Of a stretch of 40,151 nt of DNA, positions 25,994-35,959 are shown in pieces (position 1 is the first letter of the stretch; the number at the start of each line of letters is the position of its first letter). Below the pieces are notes generated by a model. It was not told the DNA's origin. It worked only from the letters and a program-made list of their open reading frames with translations, and did not search any database. The position numbers were made by a program, and so were the translations under genes. Origin of the DNA: Bacteroidales bacterium (GTDB taxonomy: Bacteria > Bacteroidota > Bacteroidia > Bacteroidales > UBA3824); the NCBI GenBank assembly GCA_016287995.1, contig JAEEXW010000001.1, positions 1 to 40,151 on the forward strand, given 5' to 3'.

Positions 25994-28735
25994 TTAATAG
26001 GCAGTATCCCTTCCGGAATAATGCAACATTTCTCTAAACGTATTGTTAAGACCGTCAGCCTTTTGCAGTCTGTCCAAATCTATATGGCAACGGTAACGCC
26101 AATAGTGGTTGGACTCCGACGGCACGTTGATACGGTCTTCTTTCGGGTCTTTGCTTCTCAGGCTCTCGTCCAGACCGAGAATGTCCTGAATCTGGAACAC
26201 TGCCCACATAGCCGGAGAATAAAGGTGTTGGAAAAGAATGTCTTTTACGACCCATGTCTCGCAGTAATAAGGCGCGGAACCCGATTTTGAAAGCACGTTG
26301 TTGTAGAACCTCTGACTGCGGTCGTGGTTTTCCTCCCACCATGAGCGGATTGAGGACGTGTCGTGAGTGCTCGGCGTTGCAACGGCAAGAAACGGATAAC
26401 TTGCGGGCTGTCCGAAGTCTGCAAGCGTCTCTTTGGGCATGCGCTGAATTTCAAGACTCAGAATATTGAGTTTTCTCATCACCTCAGGAACGCAGGCGGG
26501 TATCATGCCGAGGTCTTCGCCGCATACAAGCATATTTGTCGCGCTTGTTAAGGCGGGAAGTTTTATTTCAGCCTGATTCTTCCAAAGTTCCTCGTTTCTG
26601 CGGTAGAAATAATCGTTGTAAAGGTCGTCAACAATATATTTTGCCTGCTGATCCAACTCGTTGTAAGAATTGGTCTTAAAGAGCGAGTGTCTCGGATGAT
26701 AGCAGTTTTCTTTTTCCTTGTCCTTAAAGAAAAGCACTTCCGAAACAAGATACAGCAAGCCTTGTTTTATCAGTTGCATTCTCAGCATTTCCTCAGGCGA
26801 CGGACAGCCGGTCTGACGGAAACTCTCCTCGATTTTGCTTTGCGTGTCGTATTCGGGTTTGAGATAGAAAACATCTTCGTCCTTTTCCGACTGATCCAAA
26901 AACGAGTGTTTTACATAACCCGCCTGCTCGCCGAAAATCTGTTCAAGAATGTGCTTTCTGATGTACGGCTTGCAAAAACGCTCCTCGTCAAATTTCAAAC
27001 CGCGTTTTTCAAACTCGTCTTTTGAAATCGGAATAGCCGGGTCAAAAACTCCCATCAAGCCTTTTGTCTGTGTCGTGGGAATAGACCAGATTCTGAAAAA
27101 TCCCAAAATGTGGTCGAGCCTGTATGCGTCAAAATATTCCTGCATTTTGGTAAGGCGGTGTTTCCACCACGAAAAACCGTCTTTTGCCATTTCCTGCCAG
27201 TTGTAAGTCGGGAAGCCCCAGTTCTGACCGTCGTCAGAAAAATCATCAGGCGGCGCACCCGCTTGACAGTCAAGGTTGTACAACTTAGGATTGACCCACG
27301 CGTCAACGCTGAACCTGCCGATTCCGATAGGAATGTCGCCTTTCAAAACTATGCCGTTTTCGCGGGCGTATTTCGAGACTTCCGAAAGTTGCAAGTGCAG
27401 ATGGTATTGTATAAAAAAGTGTATTGCAACATCGTCAAAATCGGGATTGTTCTCATTACAGAGCGCGTCTACTTTTTCCTTGTCGTAAACCGCATAATTG
27501 CCCCAGTGCGAAAAATCCGCCGTCGAATACAAATCCCTCAGATATGAGAAAACTGCATACGGATTCAGCCAGTCGGAGTTCTTTTTATAAAATTCCTGAT
27601 ATTCGGGCTCTTTCAAAAAGCCTCTGCGGTTTTCGTCGTAAATCATCTTGTAATACCTTGATTTCAGACGCATAACCTCCTCGTAATCAATCTGACTCAG
27701 GGAATTGAGTTCTTCTTTTCTTGTCGATAAGATCTCCCTTGCGGTTTCGGAAAGGTTTTTGCCCATGTCCTCAATCCTAAGATACAGCGGATGAAGTGCA
27801 AACACCGAAACACATCTGTACGGATAAGAATCCTTGAAAGTGTGGGTTGCAACGGTATCGTTGACGGGAAGAAGTTGTATCATTCTTACACCTAAACTTT
27901 TAGCCCAGTCGATAAAGGGAATCAAATCTTTGAATTCTCCCACACCGCAGCCCGCGTTGCTTCTCAAAGAAAATACCGGAACAGACACTCCGACACCTTT
28001 CCACGGATAACGCGGAAACTTGAAATCCTCGTCGTTGAGCACGTAGAAATCATAGTCGTCCTCCGGCGTAAAATATCTTGTTACATACTCCTCCAAAACT
28101 ACCCTCGAAGTGCTTTTTTCGCAGATACAGTATTTGTATTCGGCGTAACGCTGTGGCTTGTCTATTACAAATTCAGCCCTCCACTTCGGAAAATTATCGT
28201 CGGAGAGTTTTATAATAACATCGTTTTCGGGCAGCGACCCTAAAAATTTGACCGCCGCATAATGCTCCTTTTTCACCCTCGCAAAAGCGATTGAGGCTCT
28301 TATGCAGACTTTTTTTGCAGGCTTTTCGTCTTCGTCATAATCCGAAAAGTCGTTGTCGGGTTTTTCTTTGAGCGGAACAAAAGGAGTCTTGTTTTCACGC
28401 TTAAAAACCACGTCTTTAAAAGCCGACGAGTACATCACGTTGCTCGGTGATACAAGCGGTTTCCAAAAATCACGTACCAATATTTCTCCGCTTTCCATCA
28501 CGGGCGGATAAAACTTTCTCTTGTCAAATTCATAAAGCACCTGTTTTGTATTGTTGTCTCTCATCAGATACTTATACTCAAACTCTTTTGCTGCAAGAGT
28601 ATCCAAGTCTACGGTCAAAAACCAGTCGCCGTTGTTTTTAGGAGTCATTAACGCCTGACCTTGTCCGGGAATCCCTTCGATTAACAGTTGCTGCCCGTAA
28701 CAAGTGCGGTAATTTATTTTAAATGTAACTTTCAT
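25994..28735 (-). CDS. malQ: 4-alpha-glucanotransferase (GH77 amylomaltase) with N-terminal CBM20-like modules.
   Basis: Motifs are GVGEFKDLIPFIDWAKSLGVRMIQLLPVNDT, YRLDHILGFFRIW, CGEDLGMIP and TPSTHDTSS. The 913-aa length is typical of the Bacteroidota long form. Confidence 0.92.
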   Translation of the reverse strand: MKVTFKINYRTCYGQQLLIEGIPGQGQALMTPKNNGDWFLTVDLDTLAAKEFEYKYLMRDNNTKQVLYEFDKRKFYPPVMESGEILVRDFWKPLVSPSNVMYSSAFKDVVFKRENKTPFVPLKEKPDNDFSDYDEDEKPAKKVCIRASIAFARVKKEHYAAVKFLGSLPENDVIIKLSDDNFPKWRAEFVIDKPQRYAEYKYCICEKSTSRVVLEEYVTRYFTPEDDYDFYVLNDEDFKFPRYPWKGVGVSVPVFSLRSNAGCGVGEFKDLIPFIDWAKSLGVRMIQLLPVNDTVATHTFKDSYPYRCVSVFALHPLYLRIEDMGKNLSETAREILSTRKEELNSLSQIDYEEVMRLKSRYYKMIYDENRRGFLKEPEYQEFYKKNSDWLNPYAVFSYLRDLYSTADFSHWGNYAVYDKEKVDALCNENNPDFDDVAIHFFIQYHLHLQLSEVSKYARENGIVLKGDIPIGIGRFSVDAWVNPKLYNLDCQAGAPPDDFSDDGQNWGFPTYNWQEMAKDGFSWWKHRLTKMQEYFDAYRLDHILGFFRIWSIPTTQTKGLMGVFDPAIPISKDEFEKRGLKFDEERFCKPYIRKHILEQIFGEQAGYVKHSFLDQSEKDEDVFYLKPEYDTQSKIEESFRQTGCPSPEEMLRMQLIKQGLLYLVSEVLFFKDKEKENCYHPRHSLFKTNSYNELDQQAKYIVDDLYNDYFYRRNEELWKNQAEIKLPALTSATNMLVCGEDLGMIPACVPEVMRKLNILSLEIQRMPKETLADFGQPASYPFLAVATPSTHDTSSIRSWWEENHDRSQRFYNNVLSKSGSAPYYCETWVVKDILFQHLYSPAMWAVFQIQDILGLDESLRSKDPKEDRINVPSESNHYWRYRCHIDLDRLQKADGLNNTFREMLHYSGRDTAY

Positions 28736-28894
28736 AGTTGTATGCTAAAAGTCAAACCAAATGACACCATAAAATTATATAAATATTTTTATATCCGCTA
28801 CAATAATAGAAGATTTTTTTTATTTTTTTTAAAACTTTTTTTTTCGTAACTGATAATCAACTATTTAGAAAAGCATAAAAAAGTTAAAAAAATC

Positions 28895-29004
28895 TAAAAA
28901 CAAAAAAGCGGAACCTAAATTCCGCTCTTTTGCCACTACTAATTTTTTAACCTAAACCTAATATTATGAAAAGACAATTTTTAATTTCTAATTCCCTTTG
29001 TTTT
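28895..29004 (-). ncRNA. Candidate small RNA of about 110 nt (promoter to terminator, no ORF).
   Basis: On the minus strand a TAtcTTTG -7 box lies at 29018..29011. The intrinsic terminator is a stem agcggaa/ttccgct (28907-28926) followed on the minus strand by ttttttgttttt (28906..28895). No plausible ORF lies between them. Confidence 0.3.
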
Positions 29005-29129
29005 ACGCTGCAAAGATAAAGTGTTTTTTTTACAATTACTTTAAAAGAAAATTAAGCAATTCTGAAATAATTTTATAACAAACGCTGTTTCAAACCGTTT
29101 CAAGGTTTAGTAAGTGTTAATGTTTATTT

Positions 29130-29160
29130 TTTGTGAACAATTTAACGAAAATTATGTTTG
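29130..29160 (+). promoter_or_regulatory. Bacteroidota promoter: -33 TTTG with -7 TAtgTTTG.
   Basis: tttg (29130-29133) is followed after a 19-nt spacer by tatgtttg (29153-29160). This argues that the 5'-nucleotidase gene starts at ATG 29232, not 29133. Confidence 0.55.
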
Positions 29161-29231
29161 GATTACAAGAAAAATTTATAATTTTGCTTTCTAAAATAGA
29201 AAAAAATAAAGTACAAAAAACGGAAGTCATA

Positions 29232-30923
29232 ATGGAAAATCTATCAGAGACCAAAACAACAAAAATTAAAATAATAGCAACAGGCGACGTCCACGGTGCC
29301 ATTTTTCCATACGACTTTATCGAAAACGAACCGTTAAACACTTCTTTGGCGCAGGTATACACTTATATAAAAGAGCAGCGCGCCGTAAAAAGTCAGGACG
29401 TAATTTTGCTTGACAACGGCGACTTCCTTCAAGGCCAACCCGTTGTATACTACTCAAACTACGAAAAATACGACGGCGAGCATATCTGCTCCGACGTTAT
29501 GAATTTTATGGGTTACGACGCGGCGAGCATCGGCAACCACGACCTTGAAACAGGACACGAAGTATACGACAGGCTTGTCAAAGAGTTTAATTTTCCATGG
29601 CTTGCGGCCAACGCCGTAAGAAAATCGGACGGCAAACCGTATTTTGAGCCGTACACCGTAATCGAAAAACGCGGGGTAAAAATTGCGGTTTTGGGACTTA
29701 TAACGCCGTCAATTCCGACATGGCTGCCCGAAAAAATCTGGGAAGGCATAGAGTTCCGCGACATGGTGGAAACCGCACAGTATTGGATGAAGATTATCCG
29801 CGAAAAAGAAAACCCCGACATCGTAATAGGTCTTTTCCATTCGGGAATCGACAGCACCTACAACAACCGCTGCAACGAAGACTTTATGAACGAAAACGCT
29901 TCGGCACTTGTGGCGCACAAAGTTCCGGGTTTTGACCTCATAATCGCCGGACACGACCACCAGGAGTGCAACATGGTTATCAAAAACGTTGAAGGTCAGA
30001 GGGTTATAATTCTTGACTCCAAAAACTGCGCACGTCTTGCAGCCGTTGCCTCAATTCAGGTGAAAAAATGCGGAGACAGGCTCATCGACAAAAAAATCAC
30101 GGGTCTGATTATGGAAATGAACTCCTGCGAACCCGACACCGAGATGATGAAGCGTTACGGCGGATATATCAACATGATAAAAAAATACGTCTCAAAACCG
30201 ATTGCGAAGTTTACGCGGACGGTCTCCTCACGCGACGCGATGTTTGGCAATTCGGCGTTTGTAGACCTGATACATTCGGTTCAGCTGGAGGAGACGGGGG
30301 CTGACATTTCGTTTGCCGCGCCGCTTACTTTCGACTCCAAAATCAAAAAAGGCGTTGTCTGCATAAGGGACATGTTCAAACTCTACAAGTTTGAAAACCT
30401 GCTCTACACTTTGAAGTTGACAGGTCAGGAAGTTCTTGACTATTTGGAATATTCCTACGGCTGGTGGTTCAACATGATGAGCGACAAGAAAGACCATCTC
30501 GTACTCTTTGAACTCGACGAAAAAGGCAACAACCGCACGGCGGGAAAATTCTACAATTATTCCTCCGCTTCGGGCATAAACTACACCGTAGACCTTTGCA
30601 AGCCTGCGGGCGAAAAAATCAAAATTCTCGGTTTTACCGACGGACGGCCTTTTTCCCTTGACGGTGTTTACAAGGTTGCGGTAAACTCTTACCGGGGCAA
30701 CGGCGGCGGCGGACACCTGACCGAAGGCGCGCACATAGTCCACGAAGAACTTTTGAACCGCATTATCTCGGCAACCGACAAAGATTTGCGCTATATTATA
30801 ATGCGCAACATCGAAGAAAAGCAGATAATCTCGCCCAAAGCCTCCGGCAACTGGAAAGCCGTTCCTCAGGAATTTTGGATCAAGGGACGCAAAAAAGACT
30901 ATCAAGTGATGTATGACAATTAA
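29232..30923 (+). CDS. Bifunctional metallophosphatase/5'-nucleotidase (UshA/CpdB-like). No obvious signal peptide.
   Basis: Motifs are GDVHG, LLDNGDFLQGQP, GNHDLE and AGHDH, followed by a C-terminal 5'-nucleotidase substrate-binding domain. The start MENLSETKTTKIKIIATGDVHG is preferred. Confidence 0.88.
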   Translation: MENLSETKTTKIKIIATGDVHGAIFPYDFIENEPLNTSLAQVYTYIKEQRAVKSQDVILLDNGDFLQGQPVVYYSNYEKYDGEHICSDVMNFMGYDAASIGNHDLETGHEVYDRLVKEFNFPWLAANAVRKSDGKPYFEPYTVIEKRGVKIAVLGLITPSIPTWLPEKIWEGIEFRDMVETAQYWMKIIREKENPDIVIGLFHSGIDSTYNNRCNEDFMNENASALVAHKVPGFDLIIAGHDHQECNMVIKNVEGQRVIILDSKNCARLAAVASIQVKKCGDRLIDKKITGLIMEMNSCEPDTEMMKRYGGYINMIKKYVSKPIAKFTRTVSSRDAMFGNSAFVDLIHSVQLEETGADISFAAPLTFDSKIKKGVVCIRDMFKLYKFENLLYTLKLTGQEVLDYLEYSYGWWFNMMSDKKDHLVLFELDEKGNNRTAGKFYNYSSASGINYTVDLCKPAGEKIKILGFTDGRPFSLDGVYKVAVNSYRGNGGGGHLTEGAHIVHEELLNRIISATDKDLRYIIMRNIEEKQIISPKASGNWKAVPQEFWIKGRKKDYQVMYDN

Positions 30924-30935
30924 TACCCGCAAAAA

Positions 30936-32117
30936 ATGTTGGAAATAGGAACTCATAACAAATCGAAAGGCAAAAAAGCACTTCTTCTTGGCTCCGGTGA
31001 GTTAGGGAAAGAAGTCGCAATAGAACTTCAACGGCTCGGCGTTTATGTCATAGCCGTTGACAAATACGAAAATGCCCCTGCAATGCAGGTTGCTCACAAA
31101 AGTTACGTTTTTTCGATGCTTGACGGGGACAAAATCCGTGAGACAATCGAAAAAGAAAAACCTGATTTTATAATTCCCGAAGTGGAAGCCATTGCGACAA
31201 AAACGCTCGTGGAATTGGAAAAAGAGGGTTACAATGTTATCCCGACGGCTAACGCTACATTTCTTACCATGAACCGCGAAGGTATACGCCGTCTTGCTGC
31301 TGAAAAATTAGGAATCAAAACTTCGCCTTACCGTTTTGCTTCCACAAAAGACGAATTTTTTAAGGCGGTAGAAGAAATAGGCATACCGTGCGTTGTTAAA
31401 CCCATAATGTCTTCTTCGGGACACGGACAATCGGTTATCAAAAGTGAAGACGGAATCGAAAAGTCTTGGCAAATTGCTCAGGAGGGCGGAAGAGCAGGCG
31501 CGGGGAAAGTCATTGTAGAAGGATTTGTAAAATTCGATTATGAAATTACTCTTTTGACAGTCCGTCATATCGGCGGCACAAGTTTTCTTGAACCCGTCGG
31601 ACATTATCAAAAAGACGGCGATTATCAGGAGTCTTGGCAGCCGCAGCCGATGAAACCCGAAACAATTAAAAAAGCCGAAGAAATTGCCGAAAAAATCACG
31701 ACTGTACTCGGCGGCAGAGGAATTTTCGGCGTTGAAATGTTCGTCAAAGGCGACGAGGTGATTTTCAGCGAAGTTTCGCCAAGACCTCACGACACGGGAA
31801 TGGTTACGATGATTTCGCAGGATTTGTCGGAATTTGCCCTGCACGCAAGGGCGGTTTTGGGTCTGCCTATTCCGAACATCGCTTTTCACGGACCGTCAGC
31901 CTCAAAAGCCGTTGTCGTTGAAGGCGAAAGTCAGAATATCGTTTTTTCGGGACTTGAAGACGCACTATCGATTCCCGATACGTCAATAAGGATTTTCGGA
32001 AAGCCGGAAGTAAGCGGACACCGGAGAATGGCGGTGCTTTTGGCACGCGGCAACTCTGTTGAAGAAGCGCGGCAAAAGGTTCAGGACATGGCAAAAAAAA
32101 TAAAAGTAGAGATATAA
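30936..32117 (+). CDS. purT: Formate-dependent phosphoribosylglycinamide formyltransferase (GAR transformylase 2).
   Basis: It is near-colinear with E. coli PurT: [90 protein letters not shown] and [15 protein letters not shown]. Confidence 0.97.
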   Translation: MLEIGTHNKSKGKKALLLGSGELGKEVAIELQRLGVYVIAVDKYENAPAMQVAHKSYVFSMLDGDKIRETIEKEKPDFIIPEVEAIATKTLVELEKEGYNVIPTANATFLTMNREGIRRLAAEKLGIKTSPYRFASTKDEFFKAVEEIGIPCVVKPIMSSSGHGQSVIKSEDGIEKSWQIAQEGGRAGAGKVIVEGFVKFDYEITLLTVRHIGGTSFLEPVGHYQKDGDYQESWQPQPMKPETIKKAEEIAEKITTVLGGRGIFGVEMFVKGDEVIFSEVSPRPHDTGMVTMISQDLSEFALHARAVLGLPIPNIAFHGPSASKAVVVEGESQNIVFSGLEDALSIPDTSIRIFGKPEVSGHRRMAVLLARGNSVEEARQKVQDMAKKIKVEI

Positions 32118-32149
32118 AAAAAAGCCCTGTTTTTCAGGGCTTTTTTTTA
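32116..32149. terminator. Bidirectional intrinsic terminator.
   Basis: The sequence is aaaaaaa-agccctg-ttttt-cagggct-tttttttt, with the stem at 32123-32129/32135-32141. It lies between convergent purT and the TPR gene. Confidence 0.8.
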
Positions 32150-32158
32150 TTGGTTTGT

Positions 32159-33823
32159 TTAGAATCTTGCCGTGGTGCTTTCGCCAATCCAGCCGCCTAC
32201 CGTAACGGAAGTGCCGGGAGTGATTGAGTGCATGAAAGCCTCTTCTTTTTTCGGACATGAACCCGAAAATCTGTTAATCAAAGTCTGAGCCTCGGAAGCA
32301 ACTGACGGGTCAACGGCTTTTGCTTTTTGAAGTTTGTCGATAACAACCCAGAAAGTTTTTGATCTTTCAAAAGCGTCCTCGCCGACAGGATTTGCGCCGT
32401 ACATAATCGCAATCAGAATATAAGGCAAACCGTAGTTTGATTTCTGTGAAATCGCTTTGAGAGCATACGATTTTGCAGTTGAAAACTGTTTTTTGTCGTT
32501 ATAAATTTTGGCGATGTTGTAGTTGTAAATTGCCTTCATGGTGTCAACCTCTGAAAAACCTACCGCCTGCTCCAAATACTTCAAAGCATCGTCGTCCTTG
32601 CCTTTTTTCAACAGCATTTTTGCAAAGTTGTAGCATGCAAGTTCAGAAGGTTTGCTTTCGATAAGTTTTGCGGTTGCGTTTTCATAAAGCGGAAGGTCGG
32701 TGCAGCCTTTCGAGTCAAAAATCTTGACGATTTTTTCAGCCATTTCCACGTCGTTGGGATTTGCGTTGAATCTCGGTTCAAAGGCCTTGTTCAACGCGCC
32801 GCATTCTGCCGCCTTGCTCGTAGAAAACATCTGGTCGATTGCGCCCTGAACCTGTTTTGCGGTTGCGAGTTTTGACTCGGCGTCTTTTGCAGCCTTGTCG
32901 TTTGCAGGATTTTCAAGTTGTTTTGAAAAATCGGTTTTTTGAGCGTCCAAAATGTCGTTCAACTGCAAATATTTGTCAACAACCACCGAAGCGTCGATTT
33001 TTTCCGACTCAAACATTCCGAGGGTTGCCTGCATTGCGGTCTGAACCACTGCAAGTTCGGTTGATTTGCCACCCAAATCCACAGCCTTCGACAAAATGTT
33101 GTAAGGCTCCTCTATCGGGCTTTTGCGGTATTTAAGAAGGTCAACGCCTTTGCGTCCCAAGAGATAAGCCTCGCCGTAGTTTTTGCTCGTTGCGGCAAAA
33201 TACTTGATTCTCTGGTCGTAAACCATCATCAAAGTGTCAATCCAAAGTTCCTGCTCTTTGCGGTTTGCCGCCTTAGACATCTTGAATTTCACGATAGAAA
33301 CACCATTAGAATAGATGTTTTGAGTACTTTTAGGATATTCCTTAAAAAGTACAGTCCAAGAAGTATAAGCATCGGCGTAATTCTGCTGTTTTGCGTATTC
33401 CTGAAACATCGAAATCATACGCATACAATCGGCAGAGTCTGCGCCGTATTTTTCTTCCCTCATAAGATTTGCGATTTTGTGTCTTTCGCTTAATACTGCT
33501 GATTTCAAATCGGCAAGTGTTCCCGCTTTTTGCATATCTTTAAGGGTCTTAATGTCAAAAATTTCCAACACTTCCGCCTCTGCGCCGCCGTGCTCGAATT
33601 TTTCGATTTCAGAGAGACCCGTGTTCATTTTTGCGTAAAGATCACGGTACTTTGATTTTAATGTCGGTTGATAAACAGTTGAAGTGCTGATTGCAAGTTC
33701 GCCTGTTGTTTCGGGAAATTTCATGGAGATTACATCTCCGGCACTCTGCGACATTGCAGCAGATCCCGAAAGCAACAATGCTGACAATGAAAGTGCGAAA
33801 CGTTTAAATCTGTTCTTTATCAT
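32159..33823 (-). CDS. Secreted TPR-like repeat protein.
   Basis: The signal peptide is MIKNRFKRFALSLSALLLSGSAAMSQ. The protein is all-helical with TPR-like A/Y/L periodicity (e.g. AIYNYNIAKIYNDKKQFSTAKSYALKAI). Confidence 0.7.
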   Translation of the reverse strand: MIKNRFKRFALSLSALLLSGSAAMSQSAGDVISMKFPETTGELAISTSTVYQPTLKSKYRDLYAKMNTGLSEIEKFEHGGAEAEVLEIFDIKTLKDMQKAGTLADLKSAVLSERHKIANLMREEKYGADSADCMRMISMFQEYAKQQNYADAYTSWTVLFKEYPKSTQNIYSNGVSIVKFKMSKAANRKEQELWIDTLMMVYDQRIKYFAATSKNYGEAYLLGRKGVDLLKYRKSPIEEPYNILSKAVDLGGKSTELAVVQTAMQATLGMFESEKIDASVVVDKYLQLNDILDAQKTDFSKQLENPANDKAAKDAESKLATAKQVQGAIDQMFSTSKAAECGALNKAFEPRFNANPNDVEMAEKIVKIFDSKGCTDLPLYENATAKLIESKPSELACYNFAKMLLKKGKDDDALKYLEQAVGFSEVDTMKAIYNYNIAKIYNDKKQFSTAKSYALKAISQKSNYGLPYILIAIMYGANPVGEDAFERSKTFWVVIDKLQKAKAVDPSVASEAQTLINRFSGSCPKKEEAFMHSITPGTSVTVGGWIGESTTARF

Positions 33824-33863
33824 AACATTTTTAAATTTTAAGATTTTAAAATTAGTATTAATT

Positions 33864-35156
33864 CTATTGAAATTTACGTTTCACGAACCAAATGTCGTGA
33901 GCGGTAACGTTAAAATGCATTAAAAAGTACTTTTCCTTGTACAAACCTTTGTCAGTAGTCCCGCGTGTGCCGAGGTCGCAACTTACGTTCAGCAGCAGCG
34001 TCCTGACAGGAAATCCGAGACCGAAACTGATTCCTTTCTCCTGAATATCACAACCGTTCAACTTTAAATACGTCTCTGTCTTATGGATTCCAAATCTATA
34101 GTTGATAGTTTTGTAATATCTTGAAGAATATTTTGAATTTACATACTGGATACCGAGTCCGTAATATTTGTTTTCCTTAAAATTGGAAACGTTTTCCTGT
34201 CTGGGCATCACAAAATTTGACCAGTCCTGGCTTCTGTAATCAAAATTTACTCTCAACTGCTCAAAAAATTCCGCTGAAAAGCCCACGCCGAAACTCTTCG
34301 GAACGGTGATTTTTCCGTCATAAAGCGTATCGTTTGCGATTGTGTCCGTAGAGCCGACAAGCGAATTTCTTGAAACCATCAGCAACTGGCTTCTTGTGTT
34401 GAGTTTCGCGTCGCCCGAAAAATAAATTCCGGCTGCAAGTTTCAAGAATTTTTTCGACGAATCTTTTTTTGAGGTGAAACTTTTCTGCGCCAAAAAGCCC
34501 AAATCCGAAGTAAAACCTCTTATGATTTCCTCGTTCTTGAAAACCGATTTTGAAGAATAATCCGAGACAAAAGTGCTCAAAGAGTCTTCTCTTACGATGT
34601 CGCCGAAAACGTATTTTCCTTTTATTCCGACAGAAAACATTTTCAAGAATTTGAACGCTGTACCGAGGCTGACTTCCGAAAGTCCGCCCTTGCCTTGAAA
34701 CGCTTCAACGTATTTCCTTTCATAACCGCCTGCACTGACGGTCATAGTGTCTTTGCAATAATAACCTACCGCGCTGTAAGGCGATACGCCGAAAGTAAAA
34801 CTCCACCAAGGTTTTACGGCAAAACCTCCTGCAAAATATCTGAAAGTGGCGGTGCTGTTTTTCTGGTTTTGAACCGCCGATTCTGTTTTGGCATATTTTA
34901 CGTCAAAACCCACGTCAAAAACAAAACGCTGCAAAAGCAAATCTGTGTTCGCTGCGGGATTCACCGTGTTCAGAAAATAAGGCGTGCTTTCGGCAATGCC
35001 TGCGCCTCCCATGGCAATATTGTGCCCCGTTGCGCCTGAAAAAATATCGCCTATTCCGTAACGCGAATACGGCGAAGTGGTAAACCGCTGCGCTTTCAAC
35101 TCACTGAAAGACAGAAGAATAATTAAAATTAAAAATTTAAAAACTCTTAGATACAT
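33864..35156 (-). CDS. Outer-membrane beta-barrel protein (putative porin; family uncertain).
   Basis: A signal peptide is followed by QRFTTSPYSRYGIGD. Alternating beta-strand patterns run throughout, and the C-terminus ends in an aromatic-rich ...WFVKRKFQ. Its start overlaps the coaX 3' end by 20 nt. Confidence 0.6.
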   Translation of the reverse strand: MYLRVFKFLILIILLSFSELKAQRFTTSPYSRYGIGDIFSGATGHNIAMGGAGIAESTPYFLNTVNPAANTDLLLQRFVFDVGFDVKYAKTESAVQNQKNSTATFRYFAGGFAVKPWWSFTFGVSPYSAVGYYCKDTMTVSAGGYERKYVEAFQGKGGLSEVSLGTAFKFLKMFSVGIKGKYVFGDIVREDSLSTFVSDYSSKSVFKNEEIIRGFTSDLGFLAQKSFTSKKDSSKKFLKLAAGIYFSGDAKLNTRSQLLMVSRNSLVGSTDTIANDTLYDGKITVPKSFGVGFSAEFFEQLRVNFDYRSQDWSNFVMPRQENVSNFKENKYYGLGIQYVNSKYSSRYYKTINYRFGIHKTETYLKLNGCDIQEKGISFGLGFPVRTLLLNVSCDLGTRGTTDKGLYKEKYFLMHFNVTAHDIWFVKRKFQ

Positions 35157-35880
35157 TGTAATTTAAAATTCTGTTAAGTCCAAATGCTACTAAATTTGGC
35201 GCTGCAAATATCGTATTTTTTAAGTTCTTAGCCAAAAAAATTGTGTCCCCTCCCGTTAAAATTATTTTTCCGTCGGGGTTATCCCTCTCAAAATCACGTA
35301 TATAACCGTCAATTTCAAATTTTATGCCGTTTAAGACACCTTTCATCACCGCAGAGACGGTATCGCAGCCGAAACCCTCTGCCCAGTCATACTCCTTAAT
35401 CAAGGGAAGTTTGGCGGTATGCTCGTTCAAAGCCTTGAATCTCAGAGCAATACCCGGTGAAATATTTCCGCCCAAAAATTCGTTTCCGTCTTTTAAATAG
35501 TCAAAAGTTACCGCCGTTCCCGCGTCAATTATAAGGCATGATTTTCCTTCCGAGATGACCGACGCGCCGATTGCCGCCGCCAAACGGTCAAGCCCTAAGG
35601 TCTCTGGGGTGGAATAACTGTTTTTTACCGGAATAAAAGTAGAGCGGGAAAACTCCAAAAACTTTACGCCGAGGGCTTCAAAACGCGCGTTCAATCCCTC
35701 AACGCGGGTGTTAACAGAGGAAAAAATTGCGTAATTTATCTTGTATTTTGCAAAAATCTGGTCTGCCGCCTCAAAAATGTTTTCCGTTTCTGCTTTTACT
35801 ATCTGCTTAAAAATCAACTCGTTATCATCAAAAACACACAACTTGCAAAACGTGTTTCCAATATCTAAAATTAAATTCAT
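35137..35880 (-). CDS. coaX: Type III pantothenate kinase.
   Basis: Motifs are MNLILDIGNTFCKLCVF (DxGNT), DRLAAAIGA, LIIDAGTAVTFD and ILTGGD. I chose ATG 35880..35878; the track's longer N-terminus is hydrophobic/AT-rich read-in. Confidence 0.9.
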   Translation of the reverse strand: MNLILDIGNTFCKLCVFDDNELIFKQIVKAETENIFEAADQIFAKYKINYAIFSSVNTRVEGLNARFEALGVKFLEFSRSTFIPVKNSYSTPETLGLDRLAAAIGASVISEGKSCLIIDAGTAVTFDYLKDGNEFLGGNISPGIALRFKALNEHTAKLPLIKEYDWAEGFGCDTVSAVMKGVLNGIKFEIDGYIRDFERDNPDGKIILTGGDTIFLAKNLKNTIFAAPNLVAFGLNRILNYNVSKSF

Positions 35881-35921
35881 TTTTTTTAACAAAAAAATTA
35901 AAATTTTCGGCTGCAATTTAC

Positions 35922-35929
35922 TAAATTTG
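35922..35929 (+). promoter_or_regulatory. Bacteroidota -7 element (TAaaTTTG).
   Basis: taaatttg sits 30 nt upstream of ATG 35960. I found no clean -33 TTTG. Confidence 0.4.
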
Positions 35930-35959
35930 CAACATAAAACAGCACAAAAAAAACTAAAA

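Noticed and set aside
28736-29231. AT-rich 500-bp spacer as a possible replication origin.
   Set aside because: I found no TTATCCACA-type DnaA boxes (the best match, atatccgct, is poor). There is no dnaA/dnaN nearby and no AT-rich 13-mer array.
30228-30956. 242-aa minus-strand ORF inside the 5'-nucleotidase gene. The same applies to other long antisense ORFs: 24970..25545, 25546..26037, 31308..31889, 10565..10963, 13076..13444, 27110..27547 and 39664..40119.
   Set aside because: Each lies fully antisense to a gene with unambiguous family motifs. Their compositions (R/F/V/C-rich, no motifs) are typical of shadow ORFs on the opposite strand of real genes.
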